A DNA stretch of 63,767 nucleotides, filler included, from Octopus bimaculoides (GCF_001194135.2; 4 parts of 4 records of this genome joined end to end with filler, not necessarily neighbours in it); one strand, 5' to 3'; shown: positions 13,108 to 25,125, numbered from the whole stretch's first letter. Numbers and translations are program-made. Notes: generated by a model not told the origin, from the letters alone.

Positions 13108-13542
13108 GTTGTTTCAGTTATTTGACTGCGGCAATTCTGGAGCACCGATTTGAGAAATTTTAGTCGAACGAATCGACCCAATACTTATTTTCTTTTTCAG
13201 CCTCATAGTAATTATTCTATCGGTCTATTTTTCCGAACCGCTAGGTTACGGGGATGAAAACACACCAACACTACTTGTAAAGCAATGGTGGGGGACAAAC
13301 ACAGATACAAAGCCGCACACTCACACTCACACACACATATTATATGTGTGTGTGTATGTGTGCGTGTGTGTGTGTGTTTGTGTGTGTGTACGGCGGGTTT
13401 CTTTCAGTTTCCATCTACCAAATCTACTTGCAAATCTTTGGTCGGCCCAAGGCTCTAGTAGAAGATACTTGCCCAAGATGCCATGCACTGAGACTGAACC
13501 AGGAACCTTGTTGCTGGAAAGCAAGCTTCTTACCACATACTT
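13108..13542 (-). mobile_element. SINE family A, full bipartite copy with (CA)/(TG) spacer
   Basis: Both modules are homologous to 40022-40408. Confidence 0.85.
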
Positions 13543-14079
13543 ATGTCTCCACTGATGGAGAAAGATAGAGTGGAACAAATTCTGCCTTTAATACTCCCTT
13601 CCAGTTTTCTATCGTTGTTCATTTTCGTTGTTAAAATTGAGCAGGCATGGTTTGATGTAGAATTCAATGCTTTTTCGCAAAATAAATATTATACATATTA
13701 ATATTTATTACTAAACTAACGTGGCAGTCCAGAGAAATATGACGAATGCTGCTGTTGATTAGCTCCGAGAAACAATCGCCTCTAGCTAGCTATATGACGC
13801 ACAAATCTGCGTCCATAAACCTTCGAACAGAGAGGTCATCAACTTCCTTTGCAAGCTTGACGTCTACAGACCGGTTTCTATACAAAATAGATAAATGTTC
13901 GTTTCTGTGTATGTTCATTTTGTAGTTTCTGAATGAAAGACTGTCACAAACACAAACAGCTTTCTTTCTCGTGTACGCATGCACAAATACAAAATGTATG
14001 CTCGAAGATACACACATATATACTAATAGGATTGAAGTATAAACATTTCGTAAATATCAATTTTAAATTAAAAAGTTAA

Positions 14080-14825
14080 TTCATTATCTTCTGGTGGGAC
14101 CTATATGTTGATTAGAAGATATTTATTTTTCTTCGCGGTCGCTGAAAACAATATCTGGCCTTGGTTTCTGTAAATGTGTATATTGGCATATCCCAGAGTA
14201 TGGTTGTTTTAATCATTTTCGGGGACCTTTTCTGGGATATGCCAACACAATCTTTTTTTTTCTGCTGCCCTTTTGTAGTTCTGATACACCCTGCAATGTA
14301 TACTATGTCATATCTGTCTACATATTCCTTTTAACAAGGTTGTTACCCATAAAATTTCTCGCTGTTGACAAATGGTGTAAATACGCCAAAATCAGCTCGC
14401 AGCGCCCCCTATCCAGGCTGTGAGATGCGGACATTTCGGAGTGGTTACCTCCTCCTCTGTCGCAGAGACCAGACAGTGTACGCTGCGAGCTGATGAGATT
14501 GTCTCATGATATTCACGTCTCTGTTATGATATTCTTTTTTAGCCAAGACTGGACTGCCAAAAACAGCATAATCTATTATTTCTTTCCAATCACCTCCTAT
14601 TCTGCAATCACTTATTTTATTTTACTTCATTCTGTGTTTCTGATTGTTTCTGTTAGGATGGCGTTAATCTTGCGTTACAGTTAAAAATGCCTTCACTTTC
14701 TGTTCCGAGTTCAGTGCTGGGGTTGTTCTTTGTCTATTTCTCTTCTGTTCATCTTATTCAAGTATTTGCTGTGTAAGGGCTTTCCCTGCCATCATTTTCT
14801 CAAATATTTCGTAATTCCAGTTTTA
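14080..14825 (-). mobile_element. Old R4/Dong-like non-LTR fragment (REL region), interrupted
   Basis: KWQGKPLHSKYL..TESEGIF..; HIPEKVPEN..TILWDMPIY..PDIV. Highly degenerate. Confidence 0.5.
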
Positions 14826-14834
14826 GCTTAGATT

Positions 14835-15510
14835 ATTATTACTGTAACAATAATTATTATTGTCATTTTTAACTCAGATCTTGTTTGAACTCCCGGAATC
14901 TTTCATGCGTAATTGGCTGGCTACCTGCATCCTACGGTATCATACTATCTGTTCTTTTCAACTGTCTAATACTTTCCTGATTATTCTGTCTGTGCCAAGG
15001 AAGCAAAGCTTTTATAAAAGTTCTACTGGGCACTCTATTCCAATTTTCTTTATATTCCTCTTGATGCCTTCTGATACTGTCCCCAAGGACTCAACAGTGA
15101 TTGACACTATTTTCACAGTCGTTATTTTCCATAGCCAGGTTATTTCGTACTTAAGAGAGTTGTATATGTCTATTGTTTAGCTTTCCTTCTAGGATATTCG
15201 TGGGTCAAATGGCATGCAATATCAATTATATAGGACATGTGGTTCACATGATCCACACCACTAGGTCCGGTCTATTATGCTCAAGCACCTGATTTGTTTG
15301 GAATGGGAAATCCCAGAGGATTTTTCAGGTCTCCTACTCCGCCGATATCTGCAGTTTGTGCTCATACCAGGCCTTGCCTCTCTCTAGCTCCCACTTTTTG
15401 GAAAGTTTCCAATGTAGCACTTTCACTACCTCACCGTGTCGCCACATCTTGTAGTGGTTTTGGGGAAGTCTAAGGAATTCGTTCGCGATATGGGCAAAGG
15501 TTTCGTATGC
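14835..15510 (-). mobile_element. R4/Dong-like non-LTR 3' fragment (Zn knuckle plus PD-(D/E)xK REL)
   Basis: ETFAHIANEFLRLPQNHYKMWRHGEVVKVLHWKLSKKW..WYEHK..HNRPD..; KIGIECPVELL*KLCFLGTDRIIRKVLDS*; AAT-rich tail near 14835-14865. Confidence 0.75.
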
Positions 15511-16099
15511 GGCACAGCCATGCATGCGTCCACGCAGCAAAAACAATTGGCACCATTGTTGCGTTCTTTCTACTGCTTATTAATGAAGTTAATACCATTT
15601 AAAGCTTGGAGATTGATTATGGACGGATGAATGAATTTGATGTTGGTCAAAGGGGTACCGAAACCAGCATGATGCGGCGGGAGTAAACCTGTATATGCTG
15701 CCAGGCCCGCTGCCGATATTGGGGGTTGCGTTCTATGCCTTGTTCTGAGCATAAAACGGGACACACCTCTTTGAAATGGGAAATGAATGGAATACCTGGT
15801 GTGTGTCGTGTAGTGGTTACCCCCTCCTAAAAAATGGGGAATAGGCTTGAGCTTATAAAAAATATATATGTTTGACTGTTGCTTTGTATTTGTACAAGTT
15901 GACTCCAAGTCTCACCCAGAGAACTCAAGAGACAAGTTAGAAGTTCATGCTGGTGTTGTGACTAGGGTGCATATATTTGGTTTTGCACAGAGTGTTGCTC
16001 TAGAGAATGTTTTAGAAAACATAAGGAAATTATAAATTTGTTGTAAAATTTGAGAGAAGACGCCGCACAGTATCCATTATTGTGATGTAAATTGACAGA

Positions 16100-16429
16100 C
16101 AGTACTTTATGCAGTATGCGTTCAGTTCTAAGTAAAGCCAATATTTGCAATGCACCAGAATTCTTCAGTTGTCTGGGTTCCAAACCTATCATCAGCAGGA
16201 AATAGAGTACTGATGATGATGATGAAATGAGGAATGAGGCTGCATACCAGCCTTTGTCAATGGTCTCGTAAGCTAAGTCCTGATATCTAGATTTCTTTAC
16301 CCATTGGGAAACATTGAGTCTGTCCTCCCAGGGCACCGTGAACTCGACCATGACGATTGTTTTTGCATGGCTGGAGAGCATGAACATGTCTTTATCTCTT
16401 ATAGCTACTTCGACACATTCACCCGCCAA
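16100..16429 (-). mobile_element. HERO-like (REL-type) non-LTR C-terminal fragment
   Basis: KTIVMVEFTVPWEDR..KKSRYQDL..KGWYA resembles the ELTVPWE..RK..KY..L..GW motif. The clade call is tentative. Confidence 0.55.
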
Positions 16430-16547
16430 ATATTCATTATTACGTATTGGTTCAAGTCACCGGCAATTTTTAGTTGGTTTTTCAACTTGGAAAATATAAA
16501 TAAATAATTTCAAGCCATCCATATAGAAGAGTTTATCTTTTATCTTT

Positions 16548-16822
16548 TATCTTTTACTTGTTTCAGTCATTTGACTGCGGACCATGTTGGGGCACCGCCT
16601 TGAAGAATTGTTAGTCGAATAATCAAGCCAGTACTTTTTATATATTTTTAAAGCTTGGTACTTATTCTATCTATCTCTTTTGCGGAACCGTTAAGTTACG
16701 GGGATGTAAAACATGCCAACGCCAGTTGTCAAGGCTATAGTAAAAGACACTTGCCCAAGGTATCACGTTATGGGACTAAACCCATGTGGTTGGGAAGCAA
16801 ATGTTTTACCACATGGCCATGC
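16548..16822 (-). mobile_element. SINE family A lacking the central microsatellite spacer
   Basis: The 3' module (..GTTGTCAAG) is fused directly to GCTATAGTAAAAGACACTTGCCCAAGG of the 5' module. Confidence 0.8.
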
Positions 16823-17266
16823 AATTGGCACAATTATTGCGTTCTTTCCACAGTTTATTAATGAAGTTAAGATTAGACAACAAATATGAAGTGGGAATAT
16901 AAAGAGTCCCCTGTAAAAAGTCTCGTAATTCTTGGAGTAAAGATATTTTGTATAATCATCTCTTTAACTTGCTTTATTAAAGTTCTCCGTTTTTACGTGG
17001 CGTAGTTTGGTAACCTGTTTTAGTATTGTTTATAAACAATACTACCGATGTCCAAGAATGGTAGGTGTGGTGCCAAACAACCCATATTATGTTTAGGTTC
17101 TTATTTTGATTAAGCAATTTTCAATAACTGCTTGTTTGAAATAAAAATTTGTTGAAGGATCGTCCGCGTTTTTCTAATTGTCTGAACCAGCATATTTTTA
17201 TTTTTTGATTTTTTATCGATTATTTTAATATTTCTCCTGTCTATATTAATACTGTCTCTATTACTA

Positions 17267-17269
<3 letters not shown>

Positions 17270-17315
<46 letters not shown>

Positions 17316-17373
17316 AGTGTGCGTGTGCGTGTGCGTGTGTGTGTGTGTGCGTGCGTGTGTGTGTGTGTGCGTG
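17270..17373. repeat. (GT)n/(GC) microsatellite; another lies at about 19105-19211
   Basis: Read directly. Confidence 0.95.
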
Positions 17374-17894
17374 TTTAACAAGCTAACTGGCTCATCGCGG
17401 CACTAGCACCTATTTTGGCGCTGTCAATCTATATATCACTGGCGAGAAGATGAGTCGCTGCTGGCTCTAGCAGTCGATTGTCCATCATTGACAAGACCAA
17501 ACAAGGTCGAAATCATGTGATCTGGTGATTCTGGCGCTGAAGGTAGCGGGGATTTAACTCCACGCAAGCGAAATAAACAGGAGTGCATTTTGCACCAAAA
17601 AGCCAATATGAGTATATTTCATGGTTATTAGTGCAGTATAGCTTGTTGCCATGCTCATTGAAATAAAACAAATTATTTGATGTTTTGAGTTATTTCATTG
17701 GAAATATTGTTTCTGAAAGGACACATTTGCTTATTATTGTGTCAAAATTGGACAATATCTCCGTTGATCCACGTTAAATCGTTTTGTTGTGGTCACTTTC
17801 ATATTTTTTATCGTTTCTTTTCCCTTACATTTTTTCTTGCTCTCCACTCATCTTTTTACGTTGGTTTGTTTTTCTTTTTTTATTTGTTTCACGC

Positions 17895-18868
17895 TCTTGC
17901 TTGAAAGGGCTAAGATCATCCCAAGTTAGAGGCGCCAGAGACGTTGTCATGCGTAGAGTCGACCACGTCCATCAGTGCTCTCTATCATTGGTAGTCCCGT
18001 GCCAGTCTTTCTGTGTCCTCCAAGGTGAGATGGAGACCGCCTCTGGAGATCTTCCTTAATTACGTCCAGCCATTTGGTGCGGGGCCTGCCACGAGACCTC
18101 TTCCATCTCACACCTGATGCGTCAAATGAAAATAAAGCCCTGGTAACATGATCTAGCAGGAGTCAGAGGGCATCTCCGAACCAGCGCATGCGATGGATAG
18201 CTATGAGATGGGAGGCTGCAGGATGATCCGTACGCGCACGTAGTTCTTTACTGGAAAAGTTATGGCGTTCTCGATGGTTCTCAGAGTTTTGTTATTGAAG
18301 TCGTCGATCCTCTTTGCCAGGGTCTTCGAGGAGGGCCGCATTTCTGTTCCACGGAGGAGAATGGAGATGGCTGTTGCGTCGAAGATGCATAGCTTTGTCT
18401 TCTGTGAGATAGAGAAGTAGTGCAAGAGGTTGATATCCGGAGTCATGTTTCTATAGTTGGGGACTGTTGAGCACAGATTGGTGAAGGAGCTGAGAAACTC
18501 CAGGACGTGAGGGCCAATGTGGAGAGAGATCCCAGCCATTTCCGATTTGCACCACCTTGGTCTACGCCCAACACACCTGAAGGCCAAACTTTGCTGAATT
18601 TTCTCAGTATAAGGTTAGTGCGTTCCTGAGCTGGTCAACAGAGTTGCTGAATAGCGTGGTATCTTCCGCATACTCCAGGTCGGGAAGGTGGTAATTCCCG
18701 AAGGTAACGCCTGGGACTCGCTCACAGACCTTGGTCATCAGATGAACGATGACACAGTTGAAGAGGTCGGGAGCGGCCACACAGCCCTGTCTGAGCCCGC
18801 TGTTGATGAGAAACCAGTCAGAGTCATTCCCGTTCACTTTCGGCACTGCTATAGAGCCACTCATCTTT
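17895..18868 (-). mobile_element. 5'-truncated, decayed RTE-clade LINE (different family from 104-1059)
   Basis: SDWFLINSGLRQGCVAAPDLFN..LPDLEYAEDTTL (RT motifs); TKLCIFDATAISILLRGTE..RIDDFNNKTLRTI. Confidence 0.85.
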
Positions 18869-19175
18869 CTTGAAATATATTTCTTATTTTGTCAATATTT
18901 ATTGACATGTAATGTAATCCTCTATTGTTTTGTTACGATTGGTTATTGATATATATTTTATTGGGACTGGGTTTTGATATGTATTAACAGATCTAGAGGA
19001 ATTTTTTTGTTTTTGTTGTGACTTGTTATTTTTTAATTGTCGTTTCCTTAGTTTTTTGTGTTTCATTCGTTACAGTTGATTTAAAGGAAAAAACATAATT
19101 TGGTGTGTATGTGTGTGTGTGTGTGTGCGTGTGCGTGCGTGTGTGTATGTGTGTGTGCCTGTCTGTCTGTCTGTC

Positions 19176-19213
<38 letters not shown>

Positions 19214-19884
19214 GTTTGGCACCATCCTTTACTTTTAGTCCATTCTTGTTATGCAGCCCCAAAGTTTGCTCTCACTGAGTAAAATCAAATACACTCCATC
19301 GAAACTATTTCGTCTTCTGCCTATGTACAGAGAGCCAGGGGCTAGTTAGAATGTCCTTTTCTATGAAACAATGGGACGTGATTTTAGGGAAGTTATGCTG
19401 CTGTTTATAATAAGTCCAGATACCACATAAACTCTCTCCCGTTGGCTCCTGTAAGCAGTCGGTTACCCTGTATAAGTTTCGGCGGAGTTCTAGTTTAAGC
19501 ACCTCATATCGTAATTGTTTCATTTTTTTGAATTTTTGGAAAATTTTTGTAAATTTGTGTTCAACACACGAGAATTCATACGATTATAAAGAAAAATTGT
19601 GTGATTTATGGCGATTAACTGTTATTTTTAGCACATCTCACGACCACCTGATACTTCCCCGCTTCTTTGTCACTCTGACATATATTGATGGTTTTCAATA
19701 TGTTTCTCCTCATAAACATATTTAATGGGATGATGATGTACCCAAAGGTGGTCCATTGCTTGGAATTCTGGTTTAAGTACCTTATATAACACATCGAAAC
19801 TATTTTTAGCTTTTTGAATTATCAGAAAAGTTTTACGAATTTGTGTCCGTTAATGATTAATCTTCTGAAGGGAAAATCGTTTCT

Positions 19885-20175
19885 GACACTCGTTTAGTGA
19901 TTGCATCCACCTTCTTCAGCGGCAGCTTGCCATGTTCAGTTACAATCCCAAGCCCCGTTGCTTATCGGAGTGAGAAAAGCAAACTGTCAAGATATCAGCC
20001 GCTCTCTGACAGGTTTATGGCCAAGCCTGTGGTAGGGGAGACCTCTGGCGTTCTTGGCCCTCGGACGATATCCCTCCTCGCTGCTATCGAGCCCCGTGAG
20101 TCAGAATAGCTGTTTCAGCGTATCTCTCTTGCCATCAACCGGGACAACACCATTTCTATTTTGCTTACTGGGACC
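19885..20175 (+). mobile_element. CRE-like non-LTR REL C-terminal fragment, copy 1
   Basis: EKSKLSRYQPLSDRFMAKPVVGETSGVLGP..EPRESE*LFQRISLAINRDN matches K..KY..L...F.P.AVET.G..G..FQR.S.A.QRGNA. Confidence 0.6.
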
Positions 20176-20194
20176 AATGAGAATTACAAGACAA

Positions 20195-20320
20195 CAATTT
20201 TCCCGTTTCGTAGCGGTAGACCCCTCATCTGGGATGCCACATACTGTGACATCTTCTCCAGTGGCAACTTGCTGTGTTCAGCTACCAGTCCAGGCTCCGT
20301 TGCTCGTCAGGCAAACTGCC
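20195..20320 (+). mobile_element. CRE-like REL fragment, copy 2 (LIWDAT..D region)
   Basis: PFRSGRPLIWDATYCDIFSSGNLLCSATSPGSVARQA; homologous to 21165-21260 on the - strand. Confidence 0.6.
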
Positions 20321-20954
20321 ACGGTATCATCAATACCACAATTACCACAATCATCGCCACCACTACCACCTCGAATCTAAGTTATATGAAAAGTACAATA
20401 CCGGATGGAATGAGAAGATGGTTTCTAGAAGATGGATTCTAGAAGAGAATTGCATAATCTCTGAAAATATATAGCAGAATCGAAGATCAACAGAATGATG
20501 TCATTGAAATTGCCAGTAAGTACGAGTAATTATGTATTTTATGTTCTCCTGGTCTTTATTATGCATGAAATATTGTTTACAATAATAAATAACGTTCAAC
20601 TTAAAAACAAATAAGAAACGGGCACGTAAACGAAAAGAAATCATTCGACTTAAAAACAAAACTAACACTATATACAAGAATGATAATAACTGCATCAACA
20701 ACAAAATATCAAACACAATCAGCTATACATAAAACATTAATAATGATACTCAATAACACATCAAACAAAATCAACAATATATAACACTTCAAACATTATT
20801 AACGTTACAAAAAGCTACTGAAACATTATCTGCGATGTTAGGCTTTATGGAGGATGCTAAAATGCAATCACAAGACGAGCTTTCAGAAACGATTTTCCCT
20901 TCAGAAGGTTAACGATTATTTTATCTTTATTTCATTGGGATTTTTAATAGCTAG

Positions 20955-21400
20955 TAGCATCTTCTTGTGTATTATTACCATATTGTCCCAGCAGGCGAAA
21001 CGGAGAAGGCGTTTCTCTCGAGGATGGCGAACAACCATTTCCGCCTCGATAGCGGCCCGTTCTCGGCTGAGAACGCCAGACGTCTCCACTGCCACAGGCT
21101 CGACCATAAACCTGTCGGAGAGCGACCTATACCATGACAGTTTGTTTTTCTCAACCTAACGAGCAGCGGAGCCTGGACTGGTAGCTAAACACTGCAAGTT
21201 GCCGCTGAAGTAGGTGTTACAGCATGTGGCAACCCAGATGAGGATCCTACCGCCACAGAACGGAAAAATTGTCATACCGTCCTCTCGGTGTAACTCCGCT
21301 GGCTCGAGCTGGGAAGGGAAGCCTGTGGAATCTAGGTCATGCTTTTATGATTTCGTTAAGATAGTGTCACAGCATCAGGCATCCCAGATGACCCAAACTT
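20955..21400 (-). mobile_element. CRE-like REL fragments, copy 3 plus a short extra VIWDA..CDT piece
   Basis: LNEIIK..; LIWVATCCNT..ATSPGSAAR..EKNKLSWYRSLSDRFMVEPVAVETSGVL. Confidence 0.6.
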
Positions 21401-21424
21401 TGTAGCTTTTGTTGTTGTGGTTGT

Positions 21425-21665
21425 TATCTTATAATTCAGACCGCCATATGGTCCCAGCAGACAAAATGGAAAAGACGTTGCCCTGGAGGATGACGAGAGA
21501 GATATGCTGGAACAAACACTCTGACTCACTGGGCTCGTACTTACTGACAGACATCTCCGCCCCGATTGCGGTGAGCAGGGATATGGTCCGGGAGTCAAGA
21601 ACGCCAGATGTCTCCACTGCCACATACTCAACTATAAACCTATTGGAAAGCGACCAATACCTTGG
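21425..21665 (-). mobile_element. CRE-like REL C-terminal fragment, copy 4
   Basis: ORF 21429..21773 core RYWSLSNRFIVEYVAVETSGVLDSRTISLLTAIG..EPSESECLFQHISLVILQGNVFSIL. Confidence 0.65.
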
Positions 21666-22350
21666 TTTCGTGGTGATAGTGGTGGCAATGGTTGTGGTAA
21701 TTGTTCTATTGGTGGTTGCTAACAGTGATGGCGGTGGTGATATTTGTGATTGTGACGTTGATGCTGAGGCCACGTATGGATGGTGAAGCTGGTGATTGCA
21801 ACGATGAAGCTGGTTGTGATGTTGATAATAATAATAATGGTGGTAGTTAACAGTGACGTAGTTGTTAGGTGGTGGTGGTGGTGGTGGNNNNNNNNNNNNN
21901 NNNNNNNNNNNNNNNNNNNNNNNNNNNNNNNNNNNNNNNNNNNNNNNNNNNNNNNNNNNNNNNNNNNNNNNNNNNNNNNNNNNNNNNNNNNNNNNNNNNN
22001 NNNNNNNNNNNNNNNNNNNNNNNNNNNNNNNNNNNNNNNNNNNNNNNNNNNNNNNNNNNNNNNNNNNNNNNNNNNNNNNNNNNNNNNNNNNNNNNNNNNN
22101 NGATTATGTAGATGTGTGGTAATGGGTTTTAAGCATCAATAGTGCGGGAGACAGAATGCAAAGTGAAAAAATGGTTCGTTAATCGGAATGCTTGTTTATA
22201 CAAAGGTTAATATAGTTGAGATCAAACAACAGGGATTAATCTCAGAAAATTCACTAACAACGAAGATGAAATTTTTATTTTATTGGAGTTTTGTTGAAGA
22301 AAGGGTCGTTTCTGTTGTTGTTATTCGATTGTTTATTATTAATATTGTCA

Positions 22351-22352
22351 TT

Positions 22353-22424
<72 letters not shown>
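22351..22424. repeat. (GTT)n tail of the minus-strand Dong-like copy
   Basis: Read directly; abuts the element 3' end. Confidence 0.95.
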
Positions 22425-22718
22425 ATTTATTGCCTTTGCACAGCTTCTAACGCTTATTTTTCGAGCACCATCCGCAGTATTCGAGCGGTTCCAAGCAGTA
22501 CTGTTTTCTGCAAGTGCTCCTCCCTTATTGCAGACCCTATTTGTTCCATGTACTTTTCAAGGTTTTTACTCACTGTTCCAGGGCTCCGACAATTACTGGT
22601 ATTACTACCACCTTTTTCAGCAACTACAACTGCTTAACCTCCCAAGCTAACCTGTCATATCTCTCGACTTTACTTTCTTCCTTATCGCATACCTTGTTAT
22701 CAGCTGGAGATAGAGAAT
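22425..22718 (-). mobile_element. R4/Dong-like 3' fragment, left arm of a head-to-head pair
   Basis: Reverse complement reads KVCDKEESKVERYDRLAWEVKQL..LQKTVLLGTARILRMVLE. Confidence 0.85.
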
Positions 22719-22719
22719 A

Positions 22720-23117
22720 GATAACCAGACATAATCTTAATTGAGAAAGAAAGCAAACGATGCTGGATCATAGGTCTAGCATGCCCACCTGACAAAAAGG
22801 TATGCGATAAGGAAGAAAGAAAAGTCGAGAGATATGATAGGTTAGCCTGGGAAGTTAAGCAGTTGTGGTCGATGAAAAAGGTAGCAGTAGTTAGTACCAA
22901 TAATTGTCAGAGCCCTGGGAACAGTGAGCAAAAATCTAGAGAAGTATGTGGAACAAATAGGGGCTGCAATAAGGGTGGAACACTTGCAGAAGACAGCACT
23001 GCTTGGAACCGCTCGAATACTCCGGATGGTGCTCGAAAAATAAGGGGTGTTACTAGTAGTGAACAGCTGACACTGTAGTACATCTCCAGCGTTAGAAGCT
23101 GTGCAAGGACAAAAATA
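22720..23117 (+). mobile_element. R4/Dong-like 3' fragment, right arm
   Basis: PDIILIEKESKRCWII..CPPDKKVCDKEERKVERYDRLAWEVKQLW..LQKTALLGTARILRMVLEK* (PD-(D/E)xK REL). Confidence 0.85.
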
Positions 23118-23164
23118 ACAACAGCAACAACAATAACAACAACAATAACAACAATAATAATAAT

Positions 23165-23219
<55 letters not shown>
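23118..23219. repeat. (AAC)n grading into (AAT)n
   Basis: Read directly. Confidence 0.95.
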
Positions 23220-23220
<1 letters not shown>

Positions 23221-23780
23221 GAAAATTGTTGATAATGCATAGAATGCATCACCCTAAGGCAGATATATAACGACTTTATCTGCCAAGAAACGAGGGTGGC
23301 CGTGGACTTTTACAACTGGCATTAACAATGAAGATTGCCACAGTTGGCCTAGACACCTACCTGAAAAAACTCTGAGGACTGGATGTTAAGACTTGTCTCA
23401 AAACATTAAAACAAGAAAGCATCATACTCAATAACAAAACAGGCAAAGGAATACCTAAGTTGATTCCAAATACAGCAAATTCCAGAATTAGACATACGAG
23501 AAACAAGCGCAGAAAAAGCTAGGCGCATGAAAACCCGTGCTAAAGCTGCTACCTTAGATATTCTTACTGATAAACGGCAAGAAAAATCTCTCAATGGCAA
23601 ATACCCAAAGAGAGCTAATAATGCCGATGTTCACAAAGCCGTTACCTATCAATGGATAATGACTTCTAGCTTAAAATCAGAAACAGAAGAGTTTATCCTA
23701 GCAGCCCAAGATCAATGTCTACCTACAAGAAACTACCAGGTCAACATATTAAAGAACGCTAGCTTCCCAAGATGCAGTAT
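23220..23780 (+). mobile_element. R4/Dong-like RT C-terminal fragment starting at the (AAT)n array
   Basis: RKLLIMHRMHHPKADI*RLYLPRNEGGRGL..; LNGKYP..WIMTSSLKSETEEFILAAQDQCLPTRNY; homologous to 56200-56420. Confidence 0.85.
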
Positions 23781-24067
23781 CCCATATTTTATAATATGCA
23801 TGAATCAACCTGGATATCGCATCGAAATGATCATAGGTCATTATCATAATAAAGTATTTNNNNNNNNNNATATATATATATATAAGTTTATGTATATATT
23901 AATATTATCTCATTTTAAAAAAACCTTGACAATGTAAATATTTACCATGGCTAGCAAAAATCACGCAAAAAACAGGATATCACACCCGTTTTATAGGTAG
24001 AGATACCAAGTTAAAGCGATGCATTTTGAGTACATTTTTTTTTTGTTTTTCACCAAATGTCCTCTGA

Positions 24068-24735
24068 ATAATATCTTTTAATATAATCTTAAATAATATC
24101 TATTTCTGCATCCATCGCCACTTGTCTTTTATTTTCCCCTTCTAGAGTTGGTTAAGTAATTCCTTCCCAGTAATGCTACATTAGTTGTCCTTGTACCACC
24201 AGTAACTTTAACTAAATATACCCGATCTTCTCCTTGTAAGCATGTATATTGTTGTTATTATTATTTCTCAACAAAATATCTTGTACCTTGTTTTACCTTT
24301 AATTTGCGTTAACATCCGTATATTAATATATTACAAGGTAATGATGTTTCATTTATCATGTTTACATTCTTCGCTTCAAATCAGTATGTTATTAATCTTA
24401 ATATTTTTAATATAATCTTAAACAATATCTATTTCTGCCTCCATCGCCACTTGTCCTTTATTTTCCCCTTCTATATTTGGTTAAGTAAATTCTTCCTAGT
24501 ATTGCCACATTGGCTGTGTTTGTACCATTAGTAACTTTAACTAAATATTCCCGTTCTTCTCCTTGTAAGCTTGTATATTATTATTATTATTATTATTATT
24601 TCTCAACTAAATATCCTGTACCTTGTTTTACCATTAATTTGCGTTAATATCCGTATATTGATATAATATATTACTAGACTATGATGCTTTATTTATTTTT
24701 ATATTTTCATTCTTCGCTTTAAATTAGTATGTTAT
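24068..24735. repeat. Diverged tandem duplication of an approximately 330-bp unit
   Basis: Units at about 24068-24393 and 24400-24735 share collinear blocks such as TATCTATTTCTGC.TCCATCGCCACTTGTC.TTTATTTTCCCCTTCTA and GTACCTTGTTTTACC.TTAATTTGCGTTAA. Confidence 0.9.
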
Positions 24736-25038
24736 TATTTTTTTCCTTAAGGAGAAATTTTTTATATATGATGAACTCTCTTGATTCTCTCCCTTCCTTC
24801 ACATTTGGATTAGCTTATAGTTTACGACTTCAGTTTACTTTACTGTGATCCATTTTGCCCTCCTCCGCCCATTTTAATCATTTAATTTAAACCTTTAGTA
24901 TAGCGTTAACAGCCCCCTCCCGTTATAACTCTATGTAAACCAGCGTTCTTACTTCTAACGGTCACTTACTTGGCCATGTAATATTATAACTCGTAAGTTA
25001 CCTCATCATCTTGCATTTGTCTTGCTTCTATATGTTGG

Positions 25039-25125
25039 TTCCCTGACGATGAATATATGTGGAATTCCAGCAGCTCTTACTTCTTTGGAGTAGAGAGCAC
25101 ATATATTTTGAAACATATGTAGGAA
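25039..25125 (+). ncRNA. Type-I hammerhead ribozyme with intact core and 60-nt stem II
   Basis: Stem I UUCC/GGAA; CUGACGA 25043-25049; stem II AAUAUAUGUG/CACAUAUAUU plus an inner CUC..UACU/AGUA..GAG; GAAA 25110; palindromic stem III ACAU/AUGU; GUA 25119-25121. Confidence 0.85.
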
